DNA of 64,000 nucleotides from an uncultured Gammaproteobacteria bacterium (GTDB taxonomy: Bacteria > Pseudomonadota > Gammaproteobacteria > SG8-11): assembly GCA_964654485.1 (NCBI GenBank), contig CAZZJI010000004.1:1104-65103 (forward strand). The letters are read 5' to 3'. The translations under genes and the position numbers were made by a program. Position 1 is the first letter of the stretch. Each line of letters opens with the position of its first letter. Below the pieces are notes generated by a model. It had not been told where the DNA came from. It saw only the letters and a list, made by a program, of their open reading frames with translations, and made no database searches. Below are positions 39,001-47,763 of the stretch, one piece after another.

Positions 39001-39762
39001 TTAAAACGCTTTACGCTTAATGATATACACCATCATTTCCTTTTTATAAACTAGCGACGTTTGCATCTTCATTTCCATTATCTGCAAGCCGTTTTTTTCT
39101 ACCATTTCCTGTATTCTGGGAAAATTAAATAAAAACCCTGATGCATAAATTATTCTGCCATTATGTTTCAAATACTTAGATATTTGCCTAAAAAACCGTT
39201 CATGAACTTCCCACAAAGGATCATCGCTATTGTCCAGGTGTTCAGGATAGTTAATATTATTAATGATGACATCAAATTTTTCGCCGGACTTAACAGGTTC
39301 AAACAAATCACCTAAACGCACATCAATTTTATTCTCCAAACCGAATCGCTTTATATTAATATTTGCGCTTTTAATAGCATCCTCACCAATATCCGTCGCC
39401 ACGATCCAACTTGCTTTATTAGCAGCAAAAATCGCCTGAATACCCGAACCTGTACCAATATCCAGCACCGCTTCACCTTCATTTATCACACTGTTTTCAA
39501 GCAAGAACATACTCTGAATAGAAGGCCGTACAGCCTTACCATAGACATGAAATGTCTTTTGATTCGCGGACACAATAAACGGCTGATCAACTTTGCCTGG
39601 CCGTTGCGAATAATACAGCGTCATTTCGCCCGGATAATCAATGCGGACAAAATTCTTGCCAGGGTCTTTTTGATGTGTGCAAGCTAATAAAAAACCCAGT
39701 GCCATAGCTAAAAATAAATACTTAATTCCCTGTAGCCGTAACACAAGCGATAATCCATTCAT
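39001..39762 (-). CDS. Secreted or lipoprotein class I SAM-dependent methyltransferase (small-domain MTase)
   Basis: 253 aa. It has a signal and lipobox (LLACTHQ), motif I VLDIGTGSGIQAI, and a motif IV-like VIINNINYPE. Confidence 0.6.
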   Translation of the reverse strand: MNGLSLVLRLQGIKYLFLAMALGFLLACTHQKDPGKNFVRIDYPGEMTLYYSQRPGKVDQPFIVSANQKTFHVYGKAVRPSIQSMFLLENSVINEGEAVLDIGTGSGIQAIFAANKASWIVATDIGEDAIKSANINIKRFGLENKIDVRLGDLFEPVKSGEKFDVIINNINYPEHLDNSDDPLWEVHERFFRQISKYLKHNGRIIYASGFLFNFPRIQEMVEKNGLQIMEMKMQTSLVYKKEMMVYIIKRKAF

Positions 39763-39819
39763 ATGTAATCAATCCTTTCCAGTCAATTCTGTTATTATTT
39801 AAACTGCGACAATAGATTA

Positions 39820-40818
39820 TTGTACCTCCATTTATACTGGTTGTCGCAAAACACGGTTTTCGTAGATTGGGATGAGGCGCGAAATCCAAGCTACAAATTA
39901 GAGAATAAGACTATTACCGAACCCATCTCTGAATATAGCTCTCACATCCTCGGCGGCATAGCTGCACTTGGGTCCGCATTGCTATGGGCAATCTCGGCTA
40001 TTCTATTTAAAAAAATCGGCAATAACATGCAACCCATTGCCATGAATTTTACCAAGGGAATCGTTGCGATACTCTGTCTTACGGTTCTTATAATACCCAG
40101 TGATCTTTTGTCGCTAGATAAAACCAGCCTGATGATGCTTGCAATAAGTGGCATTATTGGTATAAGCCTGGGTGATACATTTTATTTCGCAACCCTGGTG
40201 CGTATGGGTCCACGAATTACTCTGCTAATCGGCACATTGATACCCGTTTGCGTAGCCATTATTTCAGTTTTATTTTTACATGAAAAAATAACCTCTATCG
40301 CATGGATTGGCATCACGCTGACCATTGCAGGTGTCGCCACTGTCCTGTGGGAACAATCACCGCACACCGAGGCGCCTAAACACATTGGTCGCGGTGTAAT
40401 ATTCGCGCTGATTTTCATCTTGGCAAATGCGCTTGGCATCATTCTTACAAAATTGGGCGTTGCAAATATTCCCACCCTGGAAGCAACGTTAATACGCGAA
40501 TCAGCGGCAGTGATGGGACTCGCTGTCTGGGGAGCAATGTCGCATTCGTTACTGAAATGGGTCAAGCCACTTAAAAATTTGCAGCTATTAGGCTGGCTTA
40601 CATTCGCCGCAATTATTGGCACATTTTTGGGCACCTGGTTATCCGTTATCGCTCTAAAATACACCTACACTTCTGTCGCCGCAACACTTAACTCCACCAG
40701 CCCTATTTTTATTCTGCCTTTAATCGCTTTTTTCCTCAAAGAACATGTTTCTCTAAAAGCGACCGCAGGTGCATTGATGGCAGTTGGCGGTATAGCCCTA
40801 TATTTTTTCACGCTTTAA
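39820..40818 (+). CDS. DMT/EamA-family transporter. The N-terminal roughly 40 aa of the ORF are probably not translated.
   Basis: It has ten predicted TM helices and two EamA-like halves. Confidence 0.7.
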   Translation: MYLHLYWLSQNTVFVDWDEARNPSYKLENKTITEPISEYSSHILGGIAALGSALLWAISAILFKKIGNNMQPIAMNFTKGIVAILCLTVLIIPSDLLSLDKTSLMMLAISGIIGISLGDTFYFATLVRMGPRITLLIGTLIPVCVAIISVLFLHEKITSIAWIGITLTIAGVATVLWEQSPHTEAPKHIGRGVIFALIFILANALGIILTKLGVANIPTLEATLIRESAAVMGLAVWGAMSHSLLKWVKPLKNLQLLGWLTFAAIIGTFLGTWLSVIALKYTYTSVAATLNSTSPIFILPLIAFFLKEHVSLKATAGALMAVGGIALYFFTL

Positions 40819-40992
40819 CCTTTAAGCTGCCACCAAAGAATATAAGGCACATGATTTAGATCATGTTTATTTTTTTATCAACAGTTTTTTATGAGCATTT
40901 TTTTATTAGCATAGTATAATAGTCCACGCTCTGCACAAGGCTTAGTAATAAAGTCGCAGTCAGTTTTTGTGATGGTTTGAGTGTAATTAAAG

Positions 40993-41038
40993 ATGGGGGG
41001 TAATAAAAATGGGTGTAATAAAGATGGGTGTAATAAAA
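40993..41038 (+). repeat. 15-bp tandem repeat, 3 copies (atggg(g)gtaataaa(a/g)), overlapping the solute-binding-protein start. Each unit carries an ATG.
   Basis: Read directly. Unit 1 has an extra G, which puts it in a different frame (the 78-aa ORF 40993-41229). Units 2 and 3 give the N-terminus MGVIKMGVIK. Confidence 0.8.
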
Positions 41039-42094
41039 AGGGGAGTGGTAAAATTAAATGCAGTAAAACTGTGCTCGCATTTGCTTCATTCTTTTTTATT
41101 CTTGTTGTTCGGGATTTTCATCCCGTTAAACAGCGCATTTGCAAAAGAGCTGTTCGAAGTCTCGGTGGGTATATCACCTGTTATGAGTTCGTCGGCAATG
41201 TTTATTGCCAAAGAACGCGGTTATTTTGAAGAACAAGGAATCAAAGTAATTATCAACCCGTTTAAAGCCTCTGGCGCTAAAATGGTTCCTTTTCTGGCTA
41301 CCGGGCAACTAATGGTAGGCGGCGGAAATATCAGTGCTGGCATGTATAACGCGATTGCCAATGATATTCCAATAAAAATTGTGTCGGACAAAGGCACAGT
41401 AACGCCAGGTCATGGATATCTTGCGCTTATTGTTCGAGCCGATCACATCAAAAGCAGACGATACAGCGGGTTTGCTGATTTGAAAGGTATGACTATGGCC
41501 GTCACCGCAAAGGGTGTATCTCAGGAAATTGTCACAGAACGATTTTTGAAGAAAGCAGGGCTAACCCTCAAAGATATAAAATTGGTAACGCTCGCCTATT
41601 CTGATATCAACATAGCATTGGCAAACAAATCCATTGATGCCTCTATCCAGATTGAACCCTTTGTCGCAGCTGCTGTTGAAAACAATATCGCTATTCGGGT
41701 TGCCGGAAACGACCTGGTTTATCCGAACCAACAAAGCGCAGCGATTATGTATTCACCTGTGTTTATTGAAAAACACCCTGAACAAGCTAAAGCCTTCATG
41801 GTAGCTTATGTCAAGGGTCTACGCGATTACAACGATGCATTTGAAAAAAACATAGGAAAAGATACCGTCATCTCTATGCTGGCAAAAAGCACTCGAATAA
41901 AAAACCGCAAAATATATGAAAAAGTGGTACCTGTTGGCCTGGATCCGAATGGAAAAGTGAATATAGAAAGCCTTAGAAATGATGCACGCTGGTACTTTGA
42001 ACATGGTTATGTTAAAAAATTACCGGATATTGATTCCATTGTCGATCTAAGTTTTGCAGAATATGCGGTAAAGAAACTGGGCAGCTATAAATAA
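41009..42094 (+). CDS. ABC transporter periplasmic substrate-binding protein, NMT1/SsuA/TauA-like (nitrate/sulfonate/bicarbonate family)
   Basis: 361 aa with a signal peptide. The family assignment rests on the overall SsuA-like pattern and its position ahead of a matching ATPase and permease. Confidence 0.7.
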   Translation: MGVIKMGVIKRGVVKLNAVKLCSHLLHSFLFLLFGIFIPLNSAFAKELFEVSVGISPVMSSSAMFIAKERGYFEEQGIKVIINPFKASGAKMVPFLATGQLMVGGGNISAGMYNAIANDIPIKIVSDKGTVTPGHGYLALIVRADHIKSRRYSGFADLKGMTMAVTAKGVSQEIVTERFLKKAGLTLKDIKLVTLAYSDINIALANKSIDASIQIEPFVAAAVENNIAIRVAGNDLVYPNQQSAAIMYSPVFIEKHPEQAKAFMVAYVKGLRDYNDAFEKNIGKDTVISMLAKSTRIKNRKIYEKVVPVGLDPNGKVNIESLRNDARWYFEHGYVKKLPDIDSIVDLSFAEYAVKKLGSYK

Positions 42095-42170
42095 AACACG
42101 CGAAATCAAAAACAAGCCCCCCAATTTGCTAATATTTTGTACGTGAATCTCACAGGAAATTCAATATCAC

Positions 42171-42999
42171 AACTAACGCTATTATTGTTGCAGAAAATTT
42201 AAGCAAAGAATTCTGCAACAACGACAATAAAATAACCGCGTTCCAGGGTTTAAACTTTCAGGTTAATTCTGGTGAATTTCTTTGTTTGCTTGGTCCCAGT
42301 GGTTGCGGTAAATCCACCATTTTGAACACCATCTGCGGACTGGAATCTCCCACGACCGGAGATTTAATCATTGACGATGGTGGTAGCAATACAAAAACAA
42401 AAATAAGTATGGTGTTCCAGGAACACGGGCTATTCCCCTGGATGTCTTTAAAGGACAACATTGCATTTCCGTTAAAAAATGACACCTCTTTCGGGGATAA
42501 CTCTTTCCGTAAAAAAAGTTTCCGTAAAAAAAGTATCGAGCAACTTAGCATACAATTTTTAGAAAAAGTCGGCTTATTGAAATTCGCTAACTTTTTTCCG
42601 CACCAGGTTTCAGGCGGCATGCGGCAACGTATCAGTATCGCAAGAAGCTTTGCTGTTAATCCTGATATTTTATTGATGGACGAACCGTTTGTTTTTCTGG
42701 ATTATCAAAACAGACTGCTATTGCAAGAGTTATTATTGACACTTTGGCAAGACTCGAACAAGACCGTTCTATTTGTTACCCACAATATCAATGAAGCGGT
42801 ATCCCTGTCGGACCGTATTCTAGTAATGACCGCCCACCCCGGTTCAATGAAAGCAAATATAAAAATCAAATTATCTCGCCCCAGAGATATGTTTGAAATC
42901 AGAAAATCGACTGCATTCAGCAATTATGTAAATGACATTACTGATCTGATCAAGCATGAAATAATCGCATCACAGCAACAAACACAAATTGATATTTAA
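42171..42999 (+). CDS. ABC transporter ATP-binding protein (NitT/TauT family). The start is uncertain: the ORF-track TTG at 42286 sits directly on the Walker A motif. The homologous N-terminal strand is encoded upstream with no canonical start codon.
   Basis: The Walker A motif LLGPSGCGKST is at the ORF start. Upstream, the in-frame NAIIVAENLSKEFCNNDNKITAFQGLNFQVNSGEF is ABC-like. The signature is LSGGMRQR and the Walker B motif is LLMDEP. There is an in-frame 15-bp tandem duplication (SFRKKSFRKK). Confidence 0.7.
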
Positions 43000-43009
43000 A
43001 TGAGCAACA

Positions 43010-43753
43010 ATGAAAAGCAACGCAATTAAACTTATGTCCCCTGCTTTACTATTTCTCATTTGGGAAATATGCAGTCAAACCGGTTTAATAGATGTGCGTT
43101 TTTTCCCTCCCCCCAGCTCTATATTTTACCATTTAATTTTTATCAGCCCCGACGAGGGCATTATCACTGATATTTTTGCGACACTTAATCGTATCACTTG
43201 GGGCTATTTGTTTGGCTCTTTAGCGGGTATCGCATTAGGTGTCAGCATGGGGCTGTCCAAAACCACCAGAGCCTTCCTATACCCGCTAGTGGCAATGCTG
43301 TACCCCATTCCAAAAATCGCAATACTGCCCCTCATTATGCTAATTTTTGGCATTGGTGAAATGTCAAAAATTGTCGTAGTATTCATTGGTAGTTTTTTTT
43401 TAGTGCTATTGAATACACTTTATGGTGTAAGCAACTTGCAAAAAATCTATCATGATGTCTCATATGTGTACCGTATAAAAAAAACCAATTTTATTTTTCA
43501 CGTAGTGCTACCCGGTGCGCTGCCTGCGATTTTCACAGGATTAAAGCTGGCTATTGGCTATAGCCTTGTTATCGTCGTTGCAGCAGAATTTTCCGGTGCT
43601 GATGCTGGAATAGGTTATCTGATATGGCAATCCTGGGAAACATTTTCTATAAAAGCAATGTATGCAGGAATATTTGTGATAGGCACATTAGGGTTTATAT
43701 TTGCTCATACCTTAGAATATATCGAACGAAAACTTATTCCCTGGAAACAATAA
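43010..43753 (+). CDS. ABC transporter permease (SsuC/TauC-like)
   Basis: 247 aa with six TM helices. It has an EAA-like loop region. Confidence 0.75.
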   Translation: MKSNAIKLMSPALLFLIWEICSQTGLIDVRFFPPPSSIFYHLIFISPDEGIITDIFATLNRITWGYLFGSLAGIALGVSMGLSKTTRAFLYPLVAMLYPIPKIAILPLIMLIFGIGEMSKIVVVFIGSFFLVLLNTLYGVSNLQKIYHDVSYVYRIKKTNFIFHVVLPGALPAIFTGLKLAIGYSLVIVVAAEFSGADAGIGYLIWQSWETFSIKAMYAGIFVIGTLGFIFAHTLEYIERKLIPWKQ

Positions 43754-43835
43754 TAGATGTAAGTCATCTACTTTAACCTGAGGTATAATGCAGGACGCCC
43801 AACAATCAAACAGAATATAACATTTAAAAAAACAA

Positions 43836-44951
43836 ATGGTTAGAACAGGAACGAGTACTACTAAACAACAAATGATTATAAAACACGCATCACACCGCCT
43901 TTTTTTGTCGCAAATATTACTCATATTATTGTTAATAGTCGGGTTCTTTTTGAGCTTCGGCAGCGTAATTGCCGAAGATGCCGCCGCTACCAATGATAAA
44001 AAGACACTCGTAGATACCCACCATAAGCGCTCTCGACAATGCTTCGAATGCCATTTGGATGTTGAAAGTCCGGCGTTCAAAACAATCTTGAAAAATAATT
44101 GTATTGAATGCCATAAATCCGGCTGGGTGAAGGGAAAGCTGGAGCAATTAGCTAAAGAACCCGACATGTCCAATTCGTTAGCCACTGAAAAAGCCAGTGG
44201 ACAGGGTCCTGGTATGAACGTGCCGATGTACTATGAAAATAGCAAACTTGGCGATAAACTCAACGAATTAATATTGATTCCTGCGGGTGATTTTATTCGC
44301 GGGACAAATAATAGGCTACCCGATGAAGGGCCTCAGCATGTCGTGAATGTGAAGGCATTTTATATCGACAAATACGAAGTAACCAATCTTCAATACAAAA
44401 AATTTCTGGATTCAACGGGACATATACCACCTAGTTTATTTATCCAAGGAATGCCCCCAAAAGGCAAAGTAGACCACCCAGTCGTTTATGTTTCCTGGTT
44501 TGATGCTAAAAAATATTGTGGCTGGGCTGGCAAGCGCTTACCTGATGATAAGGAGTGGGAAAAAGCCGCACGTGGTACCGATGGGCGCAGTTACCCCTGG
44601 GGTGACGAATTCAGTATTGAACGTGTCAACTCACCTGTTAGATGGTCAAATTTGAATCTGATCGGTGATACAACGCCCGCAGGGGCCTTTGATGGCGGGG
44701 TAAGTCCATACGGGCTACACGACACGTCAGGTAACGTATGGGAATGGACCTCTTCCCGCTATGAAGCCTATCCTGGCAATAAGCGAAAATCTGAAAATTA
44801 CGGTGGTAATTATCGCACACTTAAAGGCGGTTCATGGTGGGATTGTTCTTTTTATCAATGTGGTATCTCCGCACCACTGTATAATCGCAGCTTCTTTCAT
44901 CCAAAAACAAAAAATAACAGTTTTGGTTTTCGTTGTGCAAAAGATGGATAA
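43836..44951 (+). CDS. Fusion of an N-terminal diheme c-type cytochrome module with a formylglycine-generating-enzyme (FGE-sulfatase/SUMF1/PvdO/NirV-like) domain
   Basis: 371 aa with a signal/TM segment. The heme motifs are CFECH and CIECH. The FGE domain follows (IPAGDFIRG...YEVTNLQY...GNVWEWTSS...GGSW... and C-terminal FGFRCA). Confidence 0.8.
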   Translation: MVRTGTSTTKQQMIIKHASHRLFLSQILLILLLIVGFFLSFGSVIAEDAAATNDKKTLVDTHHKRSRQCFECHLDVESPAFKTILKNNCIECHKSGWVKGKLEQLAKEPDMSNSLATEKASGQGPGMNVPMYYENSKLGDKLNELILIPAGDFIRGTNNRLPDEGPQHVVNVKAFYIDKYEVTNLQYKKFLDSTGHIPPSLFIQGMPPKGKVDHPVVYVSWFDAKKYCGWAGKRLPDDKEWEKAARGTDGRSYPWGDEFSIERVNSPVRWSNLNLIGDTTPAGAFDGGVSPYGLHDTSGNVWEWTSSRYEAYPGNKRKSENYGGNYRTLKGGSWWDCSFYQCGISAPLYNRSFFHPKTKNNSFGFRCAKDG

Positions 44952-45006
44952 CATTGTTTCATAACACCAAATTACAAAAATCAAACCCCAAACACCAAGG
45001 GAAATT

Positions 45007-45891
45007 ATGAGAAAACAATTTTTTGAGCCTATTTTTCCTATTTTTCTTAGTGCGTGTTTAACCCTTGCCGCATGCAGCAAGGATGATGGCTCGCAACAAA
45101 AAAATTCCTCGCCTACGGCGTCACAACTTACGTTACAAACAAAACAAACTGCGCCAACGATAACCGGCATGGTCTACATCCCAGCAGGGGAATTTGTAAT
45201 GGGCAGTAATGATGTTGATGCAAGTGGTAAATCCGAAGAATTCGGGTTTAACGAACCCTGGTATTTGAACGAACATCCACAACACACGGTTTTTCTGGAT
45301 GCATTTTATATTGATAAAAATGAAGTCACCAATGGGAATTATAAATCTTTTCTGCTGTTAACTGGTCAATACAATACAGAGCAAATAAACGATATCCTGA
45401 AAAAATTTAACCTGGCAGAAAGCAAAGAACCTTTGAGGAACGTCAATTGGCACGATGCTAGCAGCTTCTGCAAAATAATAGGAAAGCGATTGCCTACTGA
45501 GGCAGAGTGGGAAAAAGCAGCACGTGGACCTGATGGACTGGAATTTCCCTGGGGCAATGAATGGAAGCCTGACTACCTAAATGCCGGCGGTGAAGAAATT
45601 GATGTGATGCCAGTAGGGTCATATGAAAAAGGCAAATCTCCTTACGGCGTATACGATATGGCAGGCAACCTAATGGAATGGGTTGAAGACTGGTACCAAG
45701 CATACCCTGGCGCGGATTATAAAAGCCCGCGCTATGGCAAACAACGAAAAGTGGCTCGTGGCGGTAGTTGGGGTGGCATCGGCCATTACGTGATACCTCA
45801 TTATTTCCGTACGGCGTATCGATATAATTATCCTGCGGACAAGGCTTTTAATGATATCGGGTTTCGTTGTGCAAAGGATGTATCTAAATAA
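45007..45891 (+). CDS. FGE-sulfatase (SUMF1-like) domain lipoprotein
   Basis: 294 aa. The lipobox is LAACSKD. The FGE signature is MVYIPAGEFVMGS...NEVTNGNY...GNLMEWVED...RGGSW...IGFRCA. Confidence 0.8.
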   Translation: MRKQFFEPIFPIFLSACLTLAACSKDDGSQQKNSSPTASQLTLQTKQTAPTITGMVYIPAGEFVMGSNDVDASGKSEEFGFNEPWYLNEHPQHTVFLDAFYIDKNEVTNGNYKSFLLLTGQYNTEQINDILKKFNLAESKEPLRNVNWHDASSFCKIIGKRLPTEAEWEKAARGPDGLEFPWGNEWKPDYLNAGGEEIDVMPVGSYEKGKSPYGVYDMAGNLMEWVEDWYQAYPGADYKSPRYGKQRKVARGGSWGGIGHYVIPHYFRTAYRYNYPADKAFNDIGFRCAKDVSK

Positions 45892-45897
45892 ATTCGT

Positions 45898-46728
45898 ATG
45901 CCCCTATTAGCTTTTTTTTTCTACTTTTTATTCAGTGCCTCTGCCCTGGCAAAAGAAAACAATACCACTATAGAAATTAATTATTTCACAGACAAATTGA
46001 CTGATGGCACTGATGGCCCTGAAATGGTTTGGATACCCGCGGGTAATTTTACGATGGGCGACATACAAGGCGTTGGATTGGATGATGAAGTGCCGCCTCA
46101 TAAAATAAATATTAAAAAACGTTTTGCTCTTGGAAAATACCCGATCACATTTTTAGAATATGATTTGTTTTGTGAAAAAACAAACCGTACTAAAGCATAT
46201 GATCATGGCTGGGGAAGAGGCAAGCGGCCTGTTATTCATATTAACTGGTTAGATGCGATAGCCTATACTGAGTGGTTAAGCCAGCAAACAGGAAAAAAGT
46301 ATCGCTTACCAACGGAAGCGGAATGGGAATATGCAGCCCGGGCTGGATCGAAAACGAACTACTGGTGGGGAAACAAAATGCTGCCAGGCATGGCATATTG
46401 TTTTAAATGCGGTGACACAATAGAAAAAAACCAAACAATTACTGTAGGCCGCTTTCCAGCTAACTCATTTGGACTATATGATGTCGTCGGCAACGTTTGG
46501 GAATGGACGGCGTCAAAATGGACTCAAACGTATTTTGGAGAAGAATTAAAACAAATTAACAACAATGAAGTTGTAATTGCTGCTAACCATCTAGAAGCAG
46601 CACAACTCGCCATGCGCGGGGGCGCCTGGAACCTCCAGGAAAAATTTAACCGTTCTTCATCTCGGTATTATGGCGCACCGAAGGCGCGTAACATGAACTT
46701 AGGTTTTAGAATTGCCCGATCGGAATAA
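45898..46728 (+). CDS. FGE-sulfatase (SUMF1-like) domain protein, secreted
   Basis: 276 aa with a signal peptide. The signature is MVWIPAGNFTMGD...GNVWEWTAS...RGGAW...LGFRIA. Confidence 0.8.
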   Translation: MPLLAFFFYFLFSASALAKENNTTIEINYFTDKLTDGTDGPEMVWIPAGNFTMGDIQGVGLDDEVPPHKINIKKRFALGKYPITFLEYDLFCEKTNRTKAYDHGWGRGKRPVIHINWLDAIAYTEWLSQQTGKKYRLPTEAEWEYAARAGSKTNYWWGNKMLPGMAYCFKCGDTIEKNQTITVGRFPANSFGLYDVVGNVWEWTASKWTQTYFGEELKQINNNEVVIAANHLEAAQLAMRGGAWNLQEKFNRSSSRYYGAPKARNMNLGFRIARSE

Positions 46729-46770
46729 AATTACTCGGCGTAGAAAACAAACCCTACGAAGACAGTAAAT

Positions 46771-47700
46771 TTATTTTGTTCTTGCCACACGAAACCCGAC
46801 TGTACTCCACGCTTCGTGCGGCAGTATTACGCCTCTATTTGCAGATCGCATATCTACAATAAAATTATACCAGGAACCACCGCGGATAACCCTTACGCCT
46901 TCATCAAGCCCTTTATTTGAACTAACCAGCTCACTACCGTCATAGAACCCCACATAGTCTGACGCGACCCACTCCCAAACATTTCCGCTAACATCATATA
47001 ACCCGAATGGGTTCGCTAAATAGCTGCCCACAGGCACGGTCTCAACTGTACGCCAATGCGCAAAAAAAAACCGACACCTGGCTTGTTGGCAATCGCCGCT
47101 GTTACCGTTACCCCACCAGTAGCTCGTTTCAGTGCCACCACGAGCGGCATACTCCCATTCCGCTTCCGTTGGCAAACGGTATTGCTTTTCTGTTTGCTGA
47201 CTTAACCAATTGATATATGCAATTGCATCACCCCAGGACACACAAACAACCGGGTGATTATCCTTCTGCCGAAAAAGAGGATTATACCATGCGGCTTCTT
47301 TTTGCTCATGCCACACGACTTTGCGTGCAATGCAACCATCGTTCAACTCGGCTCTTGTTCGATAACCGGTTTTTTCCACAAACAATCGAAATTCTGCCAC
47401 CGTCGTTTCATATTTCGCTAACGCAAAGGGCTGTGACATTTTCACCGAGCGAATAGGCTCTTCATCGCCATCTGTCTGGTCGCTACTAATGTTCCCCATA
47501 CGAAAAATACCTGATGGTATCCACACCATTTCAGGCCCCTGCAGCCCTATATTTAACTTATCTCTAAATACAGAACCGGTATCCGCATCCCAAACAATTT
47601 TTACTGTCGTGCAGGCCGTATTTAACGAGAAAAAGACACATAATTGGAGAATTAAATAACATTTATTGAATAAATTTCCAAGCGTGAATATCTTCTCCAT
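46771..47700 (-). CDS. FGE-sulfatase (SUMF1-like) domain protein, secreted. It is the last gene of the long minus-strand array.
   Basis: 309 aa. The signature is MVWIPSGIFRMGN...GNVWEWVAS...RGGSW...VGFRVA. Confidence 0.8.
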   Translation of the reverse strand: MEKIFTLGNLFNKCYLILQLCVFFSLNTACTTVKIVWDADTGSVFRDKLNIGLQGPEMVWIPSGIFRMGNISSDQTDGDEEPIRSVKMSQPFALAKYETTVAEFRLFVEKTGYRTRAELNDGCIARKVVWHEQKEAAWYNPLFRQKDNHPVVCVSWGDAIAYINWLSQQTEKQYRLPTEAEWEYAARGGTETSYWWGNGNSGDCQQARCRFFFAHWRTVETVPVGSYLANPFGLYDVSGNVWEWVASDYVGFYDGSELVSSNKGLDEGVRVIRGGSWYNFIVDMRSANRGVILPHEAWSTVGFRVARTK

Positions 47701-47763
47701 ACTGGACTACCTTGTCATCACATTCAATTCGCAAAAACGACAAAGGATTATAAAAATGCCAAA

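Noticed and set aside
40993-41229. 78-aa ORF (MGGNKNGCNKDGCNKK...) at the start of the solute-binding-protein gene
   Set aside because: It is a frame artefact of the first repeat unit, which has one extra G. The overlapping frame encodes a convincing signal peptide and a solute-binding protein.
43836-47700. Interpreting the FGE paralogs as a conventional sulfatase-maturation cluster
   Set aside because: No sulfatase (CxPxR-type) gene is visible anywhere in the window. The genes instead associate with cytochromes and a radical SAM enzyme. They are kept as FGE-family proteins of unknown substrate.
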